DNA of 64,000 nt, from positions 13,702,001 through 13,766,000 of the forward strand of contig OZ024762.1 of assembly GCA_964016885.1 (NCBI GenBank), given 5' to 3'. Position numbers and translations under genes: made by a program. Below the pieces are notes generated by a model, which was not told where the DNA came from, searched no databases, and saw nothing but the letters and a program-made list of their open reading frames with translations. The DNA is from Eledone cirrhosa. Lineage: Eukaryota. Position 1 is the stretch's first letter; every line of letters starts with the position of its first letter. Of the stretch, positions 1 through 15,749 are shown in pieces.

Positions 1-186
1 AGCTAAAGCCGTTTCGACGGCTAATTCTGGACTAAAAGATTTAGTCTTTGGTCCAGAATTAGCCGTTGAAACGGCTTGAGCTCAGCCGTCGGGATCCTAC
101 TCGTTCCTATTACCCACTCTACTACTCTAAGTATTGAGTACTTTGGTGCGTTATGGTCCATCAGGTTCCTTACCACATTTCCTTCG
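1..186 (+). mobile_element. Family A fold-back element (truncated by window start)
   Basis: Hairpin over about 1-82, then the shared body CAGCCGTCGGG...TATTGAGTACTTTGGTGCGTTATGGTCCA...CCACATTTCCTTCG, then (TA)n. Confidence 0.85.
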
Positions 187-262
187 ATATATATATATAT
201 GTATATACATGTGTATATATATATTTATAAATAAATATATATGTATATATATATATTAATAT

Positions 263-357
263 GTGTAGAAGTAAACACAGTAAACCCATGTCTAAAATTA
301 CGAGTGTAATCTACCCTCGAAATTTTAGACATGGGTTTACTGTGTTTACTTCTACAC
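263..357. repeat. Inverted repeat, 37-bp perfect arms
   Basis: 263-299 is the reverse complement of 321-357; additional CGAG/CTCG pairing inside. Confidence 0.9.
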
Positions 358-367
358 CTTAATATTA

Positions 368-533
368 TAATTGTTTCTACTATTGGCACAAGCCCAGCAA
401 ATTACCCAGTGCATTACTGGTACTTTATTTTATCGACCCCGGAAGGATGAAAGGCAAAGTTAACCTCGGCGGGATTTGAACTCAGAATGGCAAGGGCCGT
501 AACTCTATGCGTCAAAGCATGGCGTCCGACCCT
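368..533 (-). mobile_element. tRNA-derived SINE with Meta-like central domain
   Basis: Minus strand B box GAGTTCAAATCC, then GAGGTTAACTTTGCCTTTCATCCTT..GGGGTCGATAAAATAAAGTACCAGT; matches other copies. Confidence 0.8.
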
Positions 534-620
534 TGAGCTTATTAATTGCGGGGTATCTATATGAGTTAATAACTCTATATTTTATTTGTATGTATATATA
601 TGTATATATATACATATATA

Positions 621-671
<51 letters not shown>

Positions 672-966
672 GAATCTGATAAGAAAGGGAGAGAAAATAA
701 ATAGTTTTTAGGGGTGAAGTAGATAAAAATGACAGGAATGTGATAGAGGGGCGTAAATGAAGACGGGGAAGAGTAGGGGAATACGGGGGAGGATGGGAAA
801 AGCAAACAGAAGATGGAGATTAGGGGACAGAACGTAAGACTGTAAAGGGTGGGATGAGAAAAATGGGCGGATAACTCTGATTAGTATATTTCCTTTTCTC
901 GTTTTTTTTTTTTATTTGATTAATTTCACATGCTACCCTAATTAACATTAATTTATGTATTAGAAG

Positions 967-1010
<44 letters not shown>

Positions 1011-1194
1011 GTAGTAGTAGTAGTAGTAGTAGTACAACTACTACTAATTGTTGGCGGGGATGTGGGGGAGGGACCCATTATCATATAAACCTGTTGTTTC
1101 TTCGTATATCACTATCAAAGAATACACATACATACACACACATACATACATATACACATACATACACACACACAAATAGACATACACACATATA

Positions 1195-2372
1195 AACACC
1201 ACCAATAAAATAACAACAACAACAGCTCCACCAATAACTACACCATCACCACAACCACCACCACCACCACCAACACCACCACAACACCAACGGTTCCAGA
1301 AACAATAACACCAACAACAACACCAACAAGACCACCTCCACCCCCACCACCATCACCAACAAGACACACGCCACTCCATCACCAACAGCAACAACAACAA
1401 CAGTACCAGCAACACTAACAACACCAACAAGGCCACCTCACCACCATCACAACACCACCAACAGTACCAGCATCACCAACAAGACCAACTCCACCCCATC
1501 ACAAACACCAACAACAGTACCAACAACAGCAACAACACTAACAACACCACCAACAGTACCACCATCACCAACAACACCAACTCCACCCCATCACAACACC
1601 AACAACAGTACCAACAACACCAACAACACTAACAACACCACCAACAGTACCACCATCACCAACAACACCAACTCCACCCCATCACAACACCAACAACAGT
1701 ACCAACAACACCAACAACACTAACAACACCACCAACAGTACCAACAACACTGACAAGACCAACTCCACCCCATCACAACACCAACAACACTAACAACAGT
1801 ACCAACAACACCAACAACACTAACAACAGTACTAACATCACCAACAAGACCAACTCCACCCCATCACCAACACCAACAACAGTACCAACAACACCAACAA
1901 CAGTACCAACAACACCAACAACAGTACCAACAACACCAACAACACTAACAACAGTACTAACATCACCAACAAGACCAACTCCACCCCATCACCAACACCA
2001 CCAACAGTACCAACAACACCAACACCAGTACCAACAACACCAACAACACTAACAACAACACCAACACCAGTACCAACAACACCAACACCAGTACCAACAA
2101 CACCAACACCAGTACCAACAACACCAACACCAGTACCAACAACACCAACAACACTAACAACAGTACTAACATCACCAACAAGACCAACTCCACCCCATCA
2201 CAACACCAACACCAGTACCAACAACACCAACAACAGTACCAACAACACCAACAACACTAACAACAGTACTAACATCACCAACAAGACCAACTCCACCCCA
2301 TCACCAACACCAACACCAGTACCAACAACACCAACAACAGTACCAACAACACTAGCACTAACACGACCAACA
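1195..2372. repeat. (CAA/CAC)-rich compound trinucleotide repeat with higher-order units
   Basis: Recurrent AACAGTACCAACAACACC and CCAACTCCACCCCATCAC. Confidence 0.9.
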
Positions 2373-2607
2373 TCTTTAAATAGCTACCAATAATAGCAGG
2401 ACTAATTATGTTAGATATTGTGAAGTACCGGCAGCAAAACATTGCACGAAAAAAACTGATTATCTGAGAGACAGAAAAATATTTTACTAACTAACACCTG
2501 CCCTAAAATATGTTGGGTTTAAAACAGGGTAACTGACGTGGAGCACACTGTATGGGGTATATATGTGTGTTTATATGTATATATGTATATATATGTATGT
2601 ATGTATG

Positions 2608-2641
<34 letters not shown>

Positions 2642-2807
2642 CATAGTCAGATATGCATTTATACATGCATAGCTATATGTTTTATACACATATGAATACA
2701 TATATATATGCATACATGTATACATATATATATATACATATATGTATATATATATATATATATATATGTGTATATATACATATATGTATATATATATATA
2801 TATGTGT

Positions 2808-2841
<34 letters not shown>

Positions 2842-2937
2842 GTATATATATATATGTACATATAGATGTATATATATGTATATATAGATGTATATATATG
2901 TATATATGTATGTATATATATATATGTATGTATATAT

Positions 2938-2980
<43 letters not shown>

Positions 2981-3001
2981 TATGTATATATATACATATA
3001 C

Positions 3002-3065
<64 letters not shown>

Positions 3066-3150
3066 GTATATATATAAATATATATTTGAAAAATAGAAAA
3101 GAATTAGTTCACTTGTAGTTCTAAATAATTTAAGTTTATAATATGGTGAA

Positions 3151-3335
3151 GGCGCGTGGCTGAGTGGTTAGAGAATTAGAGTAGCAATCTTGAGGTTGTG
3201 AGTTCGATTCCCGGGGCGGACGAAGCATTATATCCTTGAGCAAGACACTTTATCTCACGTAGTTCCTTCTATTGTAGATAGTATTAGTAATTGGAAAGAC
3301 AAATGGAAACATTGTTCCTCGGACCGATTTGAGGA
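3151..3335 (+). mobile_element. tRNA-derived SINE with CORE-like segment
   Basis: A box TGGCTGAGTGG, B box GTTCGATTCC, TCCTTGAGCAAGACACTT; second copy at 43063. Confidence 0.8.
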
Positions 3336-3442
3336 ACTCCACCCCACTCTTTAAGCGAATGAGTTGTGGGATCTTGTCAATGTATATATATATATATGTG
3401 TATACATATATATGTGTATACATATATGTGTATACATATATA

Positions 3443-3498
3443 TTGCGTATACATCACGCTGTATATATATATATATATACAGCGTGATGTATACGCAA
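3443..3498. repeat. 56-bp perfect palindrome centred on (TA)9
   Basis: TTGCGTATACATCACGCTG-(TA)9-CAGCGTGATGTATACGCAA. Confidence 0.9.
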
Positions 3499-3591
3499 AA
3501 TTATATACACCCTACAACAGCATTTTCATAAATATTGCCTGTACAGGTAATCAAAGTGAGTGTATGCATTTTTTTTGGTGGGGACATCCTG
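3480..3591 (+). mobile_element. Tc1/mariner-type MITE (about 100 bp)
   Basis: Degenerate CAGGGTGTCCCC-type TIRs, TA flanks, internal ATAAATATTGCCTGTACAGGTAATCAAAG shared with 39940. Confidence 0.65.
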
Positions 3592-3615
3592 TATCTATGC
3601 ATGTGTGTATATGTG

Positions 3616-3672
<57 letters not shown>

Positions 3673-3772
3673 CTGTTCATCTATATGTCAGAATATTTTC
3701 TCTTAGTCATTCTTAGGTCATTCTATATCGTTCTAACACTTTCGTCAAAAATCTCTCACGCTCGCTATGACG

Positions 3773-3808
<36 letters not shown>

Positions 3809-3991
3809 ATATATATATATATATGTATGTATATGTATATATATATATATATGTATGTGTATGTATATGTATATATATATATATATGTATGTATATGTAT
3901 ATATATATATATATATATGTATGTATATGTATATAAATATATATATGTATGTATATGTATATATATATATATATGTATATGTACATATATG

Positions 3992-4022
<31 letters not shown>

Positions 4023-4067
4023 ATATATATATACATATATATATATGTATGTATATATATATATACA

Positions 4068-4103
<36 letters not shown>

Positions 4104-4384
4104 TATGTATGTATGTTTATGTATGTATGTATGTATGTATGTATGTATATATATATATGTATGTATATATATACGTATGTATAATATGTACACAAAATAT
4201 ATTACCACCAAACAAGTATATACACATATACACTTTCACCAACACATTCAAACGCTTGTATATACACACATTTTATATGTAATTTACTCTCTCTCTATAC
4301 GAATACATATATATATATATGTATATATATATACACACATATATATATATATATGTATTCGTATAGAAAGAGAATTTGTATATA

Positions 4385-4436
<52 letters not shown>

Positions 4437-4572
4437 TATATAGATATAATATATATGTAATATATCACCAGGAAGCAAGCACAGGTGAACACAGAAATAC
4501 ACAGAAATACACACACACACACACACAAATACACACACACACACAGATACACACACACAGATACACATACAC

Positions 4573-4607
<35 letters not shown>

Positions 4608-4918
4608 AATAAGAAACTGAACTTATGCAATTAATGAAGTGTTTTTCCACGACCTCTCAGCTAAAAATCAGAGCAAAAATTTCAGTCAAAGTTCTTACTT
4701 TTTTCGATTCTTCAATTTACAGATCTTTTTTATTTTTTTTTCATTTTACCATTATATACTTTTTTATGGTTGCATCTCTGCTAATATATACACCTATGTA
4801 TATTTAGTATATTTACACATATATACGCATATATATGCGTTTGTATATTTTTGTAAGTATACAAAGAAAAACAAAAAAAGAATTCTGTTATATACACACG
4901 CCTTGACATACTCTCTCT

Positions 4919-4978
<60 letters not shown>

Positions 4979-5091
4979 TCACACACACACATATACACAT
5001 ATGTATATGGTTATGTGAGTTTGTATATACACACATACACCGACACGGAGGAACACAAACAGGAATATGTATATTCAAATTATCTACCCGC

Positions 5092-5134
<43 letters not shown>

Positions 5135-5144
5135 TATGTATGTG

Positions 5145-5175
<31 letters not shown>

Positions 5176-5224
5176 TTATATATATATATGTATATGTATG
5201 TGTATATATATATATATATATATG

Positions 5225-5255
<31 letters not shown>

Positions 5256-5284
5256 GTATGTGTATATATATATATATGTATATG

Positions 5285-5325
<41 letters not shown>

Positions 5326-5394
5326 ATGTATATATATAAATATATATATACATGTATATGTATATATATATATGTATATGTATATATATGTATG

Positions 5395-5426
<32 letters not shown>

Positions 5427-5527
5427 CATATATATACATATACATATATATATATGTATATATATATGTATGTATATATATATATATACACACCATGTGT
5501 GTATGGGATGGTTCCAAATTATCTATC

Positions 5528-5574
<47 letters not shown>

Positions 5575-5715
5575 CGTGTGTGTATATTCAAATTATCTAT
5601 ATATTATTTTTACACATCAATATTTTTTTGGGGTTTATTGAAAAATCTATTTTTTCTGCTCACATCTTTTCATTTGTATCAAATGTTAAATTTGGTAGAT
5701 TTCTTTCTGTTGGAA

Positions 5716-6440
5716 ACCATCAACATCCCTACCATCACTACCATCACCATCACTACCATCACCACCACCATCACTACCATCACCATCACTACCATCACCA
5801 CCACCATCACTACCATCACCATCACTACCATCACCATCACTACCATCACCACCACCATCCCTACCATCACTACCATCACCATCACTACCATCACCACCAC
5901 CATCACCACCACCATCACTACCATCACCATCACTACCATCACCATCAACATCCCTACCATCACCATCACTACCATCACCACCATCACCACCACCATCCCT
6001 ACCATCACCATCACTACCATGACCATCACTACCATCACTACCATCATCACCACCATCACTACCATCACCATCACTACCATCAACATCACTACCATGACCA
6101 TCATCTTCATCATCATCACCACCACTATCATCATCATCATCATCATCACCATCATCATCGTCAACATCATCATCGTCATCATCATGATCTTCATCACCAT
6201 TATCACTACCATCATCATCATAATCATCATCATCAGATCATCACCATCATCACTGTCCTCCCCCGCAACAACATTTTCATCATCATCATCAACACTAACA
6301 CTACCACGAGAAGCTTCCCCGTCGTCACCATCATCAGTAGCATTATTATAATTATCCTCCTCCATCACCATCACCTCCTCCTCCGCCTTCTTCTTCTTCT
6401 TCTTTTTCTTTTTCTTTTTCTTCTCCTTCTCCTTCTTCCC
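5716..6440. repeat. (CAC/CAT/TAC)n then (CTT)n low-complexity tract
   Basis: Direct inspection. Confidence 0.9.
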
Positions 6441-6910
6441 CTCCACCATATCTTTGTAATTACATTATTCGCCACTTTTTTGTCTTCTTTCCAATTCCTA
6501 CTTAACTTCGTCTTTATATATATATATATATATATATATTTGTTTGTATGTGTGTGTATCTATATGTATATATATATGTGTGTGTGTGTATCTATAGTAT
6601 ATATAAATATATATATATATTTGTGTGTGTGTGTGTATCTATATGTATATTTATATATATATAAATATATATATATGTGTGTATCTATATGTATATATAT
6701 GTGTGTGTGTATGTATGTATATATATATATATATATATAGTAATAATAATAAATTTGAAGACTAAAATCCAAAGAGGGCTCGATAAGGATAAATATATAT
6801 CAAATATATAAGAACCGTAGAGCAATTAGTCTACGACTTCAGTTATACCAGTTATGTGTGTGTGTGTATGTGTATCTATATGTATATATATATATGTATA
6901 TATGTATATG

Positions 6911-7690
6911 TTACCAGTAGCACCAACTGGTGACCTGACATGTATCCCAGTACAACCTGTGTCATGGTCGGGTCGTTGGCGACTAAAATGGCAACCCCAC
7001 GAAGGTTTCTTAGTGAGGAGGGTGACTTTGGACATCCTGCAGGACTAAAAACAAAACCTGTCAAAGGGCAAAGGAACTCGTAAGAGTCAATGGTCATCCA
7101 AAATCACCGGGAGAGATGATCCCTTAGCCTTTGTCAAGGCAGAATTCTAGGAGAAGGAAAATTCTGATATAACACTTGCAACCCTGATGGTATCCAATGA
7201 TGTTGACTTGTTCTTCTTTTTGGTAAATATCATCTTGGGAGAGGTCGATTGCCCTAGCGGTCAGTGTGACTGTGGCTTCTGTGGAAGATGAGGAATGGCC
7301 CGTGTGAATGGGCCCACCCTGAGCGTGGACCTGTACTCTTGAAGAAGGACAACTGGGAGTCGACGCTTGTCTTAGCGGTCGGGGTGACCGTGGTTTTTGT
7401 GGACTTTCTCCACGAGTAACCCTTCGAGTCTTCTTAACTATGGGGAATCTGTTATGTTTCTTTTGTTTTAAATTTCTGTTATGAATTTTATTTTACACAG
7501 AAAACTCCACATTGTATCGCCTCTAATGTCTCCTTAATGTCAACCCTATAAGTCCACACTATATCGTCCTGTACCTTCTCTAATGTCTCCTTAATATCAA
7601 CCCTATAACTCCACACTATATCGTCGTGTAGCGTCTCTAATATCTCCTTAATGTCAACCCTGTGTGGCTAATAAAGAAACCATTATTATT
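6911..7690 (+). mobile_element. LINE relics: RTE-like 5' UTR piece, then a non-LTR 3' end with AATAAA
   Basis: CTAGGAGAAGGAAAATTCTGAT resembles RTE 5' UTRs (recalled, not searched); three copies of about 60 bp (CTAATGTCTCCTTAATGTCAACCCT) before GGCTAATAAAGAAA. Confidence 0.4.
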
Positions 7691-8037
7691 TTATATTTCG
7701 TTTCACTTTTTTTTTACATTTTGTAATTTATTGTTCAAAGTTTTTTTATAATTTTCACCTGAAATATATATTTTATTGTTTTATATATTTTTATTGAAAG
7801 AAATGTGGAAAATGATGACTATATATTCAGTTTTACACACATACACATATATACACATATATACACATACATATATATACACATACACACACACACATGT
7901 ATATATACATACACACACATGTGTATATATATAGTCTCCAACTATATATAGATGTAACAACACAAATGTAACACACAGATATATGTAATATATGTATATA
8001 AATAATTTATATGTATATATATATAACACACACACAC

Positions 8038-8069
<32 letters not shown>

Positions 8070-8169
8070 TATATATTTTATATATATATATATATATATG
8101 ATTGTATGTGTGTATGCTTTTACGCACTTTCATTTAGTATTTTTTATGTATTTATGCGTATGTATGTCT

Positions 8170-8212
<43 letters not shown>

Positions 8213-8446
8213 CATATATGTGTATGTCTGTGTCTATGTATACATATTCACGACTATGTGTCTGTGTGTATATATATATATATATATATATGTATCCATG
8301 AATATGTATATCTGGATATCTCTATATATATATATATTATATATATTTATATATTGCCTCCTCCTTATTGAGGACGTCTTTTTATGTAAACTCCCCCCAT
8401 TGAACTTGTCCCACTTTTTGATGCCCTGGTGGCAAATAAAAAAAAG

Positions 8447-8492
<46 letters not shown>

Positions 8493-8788
8493 CCCACTCT
8501 ATATCTATCTATATATATATATATATATGTATATGTATATGCATATGTATGTCTGGATATTTATGTATGTATGCATGTGTATGTGTCTGTGTCTATGTAT
8601 TTGGTTATGTATGAATATATGTGTGAATGTGTGTGTATATGTGTTTATGTACGTGTGTGTGAGTGTGTGTATTTATGTATGTGTGAGTGTGTGTATTTGT
8701 CGGTTTACTTGGTATTGGTTCTACTTCTAATTAACTGTTTATTTTAACACATTCCTTGTTAAAATCTATTTGAATATGAATATATGCA

Positions 8789-8889
<101 letters not shown>

Positions 8890-9199
8890 TATATATATGT
8901 ATATATATATGTATATATCAGCGTGCGTATAAATTTATATTTGAGTGTTTCAGAGTATATATATATGTATGTGTGTGTATACAGTTTTTAACAAGACTTA
9001 TGTTAAAATAAATAGTTAATTAGTAAGATGACACACATAAAAACACACGTGTTTATGTAATATTACACACACACACTGACATATACATATGTGTGTGTAT
9101 ATATTATGTATGATTAACAAATCAGGTTATATATACATACATATACACACACATAAAAAAATCACACAGACTCACACATACATATTTGTACAATTACAA

Positions 9200-9230
<31 letters not shown>

Positions 9231-9249
9231 CATATATATATATACACAT

Positions 9250-9296
<47 letters not shown>

Positions 9297-9468
9297 CCCT
9301 TAATGATGTGTTGAGAAAAAAAAATCATTTAATTAGAAGTATCAAATTTTGTTTACATCATCTTTCAAAAAATATTTGTTGTATGGTAATATGGCTTATG
9401 GTGTGATGGTGGTGGTGGAGGTGTTGGTGGTGTTGTGTGTAGTGGAGGAGATGACGTTCATATTGTGT

Positions 9469-9499
<31 letters not shown>

Positions 9500-9527
9500 T
9501 GAATATATATATATATATATATTGAAT

Positions 9528-9626
<99 letters not shown>

Positions 9627-9635
9627 TACATATAC

Positions 9636-9808
<173 letters not shown>

Positions 9809-9879
9809 CACATATATATATATACACACACGCATATATATATACATATATATATATATATATGTATATACACACACAC

Positions 9880-9924
<45 letters not shown>

Positions 9925-10152
9925 TTGTTTGCTTATATGTAAACAAACAAGCCAGACAGTACTCAATACTGAGTGTATATATATCTGCCTGTATCCTTAT
10001 ATTTTGCTATAATGTTGACTAACAACCCCATTACGCATCCTCTCCATTCTTCTCATTTCCAATCTCCCTCTTATTACTCTGTAATGTATATCTACTGTTC
10101 TGGTGACTAAGCTTGGTAGAGCTTATATTCAGCACTATATTTTTGTTTATAA

Positions 10153-10199
10153 AGCTCTGATGAATCCTGCCCCACGGTATGGATGAAACATTGTCAGCT
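10153..10199 (+). ncRNA. Type I hammerhead ribozyme motif
   Basis: AGCT-CTGATGA-ATCC(TGCC CCAC GGTA T)GGAT-GAAA-C ATT G-TC|AGCT. Full conserved core, stem I 4 bp, stem II 4+4 bp, minimal stem III, GUC cleavage triplet (cut after 10195). Confidence 0.75.
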
Positions 10200-10502
10200 G
10201 TAAATGTATCCTGAACCGATGTTTCGGCGCTGAATTACTGGACATCGGTGTAGTACGGGTGCGCCCGAGGCCTTTTATTAATCAAAAGGCCAGATGGAAA
10301 AGGATATATCTATATATATAAGTCTGTGTGTGTGTGTATGTGTGTGTGTGTGTGTGTGTGCAGAATTTTCAGTAAATTTGAAGAAACTGGTGTGAGAGCC
10401 AAAGTCATAACTCCATGCCATATAAGATCACGTGTCAGCTGTTTGAGGAACATTTGTAACGAGGATTGAGCAATAAATATCCTATGTAACACCTCCACTT
10501 TG

Positions 10503-11030
<528 letters not shown>

Positions 11031-11193
11031 GTCGTTGACATTAATGGCAGAAGCTGTGTGGTTTATATTATGTAAACATCCATATATATATATTTACATT
11101 TACAATATTTTCACAAACAAATAAATATAAATATGTTTGTATATACACACATTAACACAAACTGTATAGATAGGTGTGTGCTTACATATACTA

Positions 11194-11278
<85 letters not shown>

Positions 11279-11346
11279 GTATGTATGTATGTATTATATA
11301 AAATGTATGTATTATATAAAATGTATATATGTATGTATATATATAA

Positions 11347-11390
<44 letters not shown>

Positions 11391-11401
11391 ATATATATAT
11401 A

Positions 11402-11456
<55 letters not shown>

Positions 11457-11497
11457 ATATATATACACACACATATATATATGTATATATATATGTT

Positions 11498-11543
<46 letters not shown>

Positions 11544-11635
11544 ACATATTTTATGAGTTACTGCGCCTGTGTTTGAAAGAGATCATAAAACCTACATGAT
11601 AAACAAGTGAAAATTGAATTGTTTGGCCAGCAACA

Positions 11636-11677
<42 letters not shown>

Positions 11678-12346
11678 GCATACACACACATACACAGACG
11701 CACACATACACACACTCTCTCTCTCTACACGCACACACATAGACACACAGACTCAGGCATTAGTGGAGTGGTGGTGGTTGTGGTGGTCGTGGTGTTGGTG
11801 GTCGTGGTGTTGGTGGTGTTGGTGTTGGTGCCGTTAGTTGTGGTGTTAGTGGTGGTGGTGTGGTGGTGGTGGTGTTAATGGTGGTGATGGTAGTGGTGTT
11901 AGTGGTGGTGGTGTGGTGGTGGTGGTGGCGTATGTGGTGGTGGTGGTGGTGGTGTTAATGGTGGTGATGGTAGTGGTGTTAGTGGTGGTGGTAGTGGTGT
12001 GGTGGTGGTGTGGTAGGGGTAGTGGTGGTGGTGATATTACATACAATTGTACAATAGACTGTAGGACTTACTGGACTGGTCAGCTCAATGATTGGCTGAC
12101 CATTTAAATTACACACACACACGCATATATATATGCGTGTGTGTGTGTCTGTGTGTATATATATACATATGTATTTATATCAATATGTATATATATTCAT
12201 ATATATATATATACATATACATACATATACATACATATATATATACATACACACATATTTATATATATATATTTACATAAATGCATATATATGTTTGTAT
12301 ATATGTATATATATATTTATACAAACATATATATGCATTTGTATAA

Positions 12347-12385
<39 letters not shown>

Positions 12386-12390
12386 AATAT

Positions 12391-12598
12391 AGGAACGAGT
12401 AGGACCCCGACGGCTGAGCTCAAGCCGTTTCGATAGCTAATTCTGAACTAAAAAAAAAAAGAAGTTCAGAATTAGCCGAAACGGCTTGAGCTCAGCCGTC
12501 GGGGTCCTACTCGTTCCTATTACCCATTCTCCTACCCTAAGTATTGAGTACTTTGGTGCGTTATGGTCCACCTGGTTCCTTACCACATTTCCTTAGTT
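12391..12598 (+). mobile_element. Family A fold-back element
   Basis: Inverted arm AGGAACGAGTAGGACCCC..., A-rich loop, direct arm and tail; AT repeats on both sides. Confidence 0.9.
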
Positions 12599-12616
12599 AT
12601 ATATATATATATGAAT

Positions 12617-12675
12617 GAAAAGAATCAGGACCCCGACGGCTGAACTCCGCCCGTCTCGACAGTTACATCTGAACT
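12617..12675 (-). mobile_element. Family A variant, solo arm
   Basis: GGACCCCGACGGCTGAACTCC core shared with family A; sits in (TA)n. Confidence 0.65.
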
Positions 12676-12683
12676 ATATATAC

Positions 12684-12751
<68 letters not shown>

Positions 12752-13118
12752 GTATGTACATACATATATGCATATATATGTCGCTCTCTCTCTATCTCTC
12801 TCTCTATATATCTATACACACACACACACACACATATATATAGAGAGAGATTTATAGATATAAGAATTAATAGATATTATAGATAGTTATTGATAGATAT
12901 AGATATATAGATATATATAGATAGATTTATAGATAGTTATAGATCAATAAATATGTTGATAGATATATAGAGAAATAGGTTTTAATAGAAATTGTAGAAA
13001 TGTTAGTGAAATTGTCTTAATGTCTTCTCTTAACGTATTTACATAATCTTGTTCCATAAGTTAAAATATACTTCTTGGGAGGAGGACAAGACATAGAAGC
13101 ATACTACTAATACCCCAG

Positions 13119-13157
<39 letters not shown>

Positions 13158-13770
13158 TTCTTGTTCTTCTTGTTCTTCTTGTTCTTCTTCTTGTTCTTCT
13201 TCTTCTTCTTCTTTCTCTCTTGCTTGCTCCGTCTCCTTTTCTTCTTCTTCTTCTTCTTCTTCTTCTTCTTCTTCTTCTTCTTCTTCTTCTTCTTCTTTCT
13301 CTCTTGCTTGCTGCGTCTCCTTTTCTTTCGCTTTAATTCTTTATCATGCGCTCTCTCTCTCTCTCACTCACTCTCACACTATATATATATATATATATAT
13401 ATATAACCCTCTTTCCCCTTTTCTCTATGTCCCTCTTTCTCGCTTTCCTACTCTTTCCCTCTCCTCTCTCTCTCCCCTCTCACCCCCTCTCGATCTCTGC
13501 CTCTCCACAGGCTCTACTAAAATAAGTAAAATAAGAAAAAGAAGGGAAGAAAATAAGAAAACCAAAGTTGGTATTGTTCGGATTCAATAGAAAATCAATA
13601 ATAGTATAGAGAAATTAAATTTTAAACTATTTAATTAAATTTACAATGGCGGACATATTTGTTGAAAGACATATTGACTGAGAGCTACATTGTCATATAT
13701 GATATTCGACATACATACATATTACACACACACACATATACACGCTTATATATATATATATATACACGGA

Positions 13771-13821
<51 letters not shown>

Positions 13822-13861
13822 GTATGTAAATATAAACATATGTGTGTGTTTAATACTTGCT

Positions 13862-13892
<31 letters not shown>

Positions 13893-13948
13893 GTATATAT
13901 ATATATATATATATATACATATGTATATATGTATATATATATATGTAC

Positions 13949-14030
<82 letters not shown>

Positions 14031-14323
14031 GTATGTATATATATATATATATGTACATATATATAAACATGTATATACGTATATGTTGGTATATATATTC
14101 GAAATTATATACATATATATATCTATATCTATATATATATATGTGTGTGTGTATGTATGTATATATACCCGTGTGAGTGTATGAAATGTATGTTTATATG
14201 TAGGTGTATGTATATATCCAAAGTTCAACATAGATAACTGGATTTCGTTAGACTTTTAACTAAATTAAATATCTTAATGTTAAATATATAATATTCATGG
14301 GATAAGGCGAATTAAATCTAATT

Positions 14324-14451
<128 letters not shown>

Positions 14452-14578
14452 GTACATATGTACATACACATGGATGTGTGTATGTTATCATAATTATGTC
14501 TAATGAAAAAGATGAACTAATGTGCCTCTCTGTATATATATATATATATAGATATAGATATACATGTATATATACATT

Positions 14579-14650
<72 letters not shown>

Positions 14651-15143
14651 ATATATACATCTATATAATATCTATACTTATATTGGTTTTCCTTTTTATT
14701 TATCGTTATGATTTCCATTCAATCAATAAGATCTTCTATCCCATTATTCCATTATTCCTGTAACATATAAACAAACATGTATATATGTCTTATATGACGT
14801 CACATTAGTACTTGATACAGCTTTCAACACAAAGCTAAGCTTTGTAGTATATTCTATTATGTAATATTATTAACAGTGCCACAGAAATATCGACGAACAT
14901 GACATTTGTACATTGTCGGGTGAATAGTGAAGGAAGGTAGGCCTCAATTTGAGTGACTGGTTACTTTGCTAGAAATAGCAGCCATGCGTGTTTCTGTCTG
15001 AATTAACAGCTTTTGTGTGGATTTGGCCCCCTTGATTTGTCATGGTGTCGCAGGGAGGCTATTGCTTGAGCTCGTAAACCTGAGATAACTCACTCCATTT
15101 CAGGTCTGATGACATCAGTATATATATATATATATATATATAT

Positions 15144-15749
15144 AGAAGAAGTTAGTAAGCCCGTGGGTACTAAGTACCCCTAGAAATACATAGGTTGTCT
15201 ATGATTTAAGGTTGTTCTATGGTATCAATTTGACATACCAGAACTATAATATTAATATAAGCAGAACAAGCAAAATTCAACCAATTTTTTAAAATAAATT
15301 AAAAAATATAATTTAAATATTTACCTATTCATATGGCTCTTACCGATCGGTTTCGCCTTGTAAAACACCAGAGACTTCTATCACCCTCCATTTGTTGAGA
15401 ACAATCATGTTGATTCTATTTAGCTGCTATTTTTAGTAACGAGATAGACAACACGTCTATGTTTTTCCCGCTTTAACCTCGGGTAGTTCACGTACAGGTC
15501 ATTTTTCGGCCTTTTGGATCTGTGCTAGCTGGCAGATAACAATATATTTTATCGTTCTTGGGTCTTTAGCCCTAGGAAAGGAAAATGCTTCTCTGATGAG
15601 CCTTGATTTTCCATTAGAAATCCATTGGGTCTCTGGTGTTTTACAAGGCGAAACCGATCGGTAAGAGCCATATGAATAGGTAAATATTTAAATTATATTT
15701 TTTAATTTATTTTTAAAAAATTGGTTGAATTTTGCTTGTTCTGCTTATA

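Noticed and set aside
3151-3225. tRNA gene
   Set aside because: A and B boxes are present but continue into a SINE body shared with 43063; no clean cloverleaf.
4639-6740. 570-aa Thr/Ile-rich and 462-aa His-rich ORFs
   Set aside because: Trinucleotide low-complexity tract open in several frames on both strands; no splice or domain evidence.
12391-12598. Family A as a MITE, miRNA gene or intrinsic terminator
   Set aside because: Inverted arms are not terminal, fold points vary between copies, and an unpaired tail is present in full copies.
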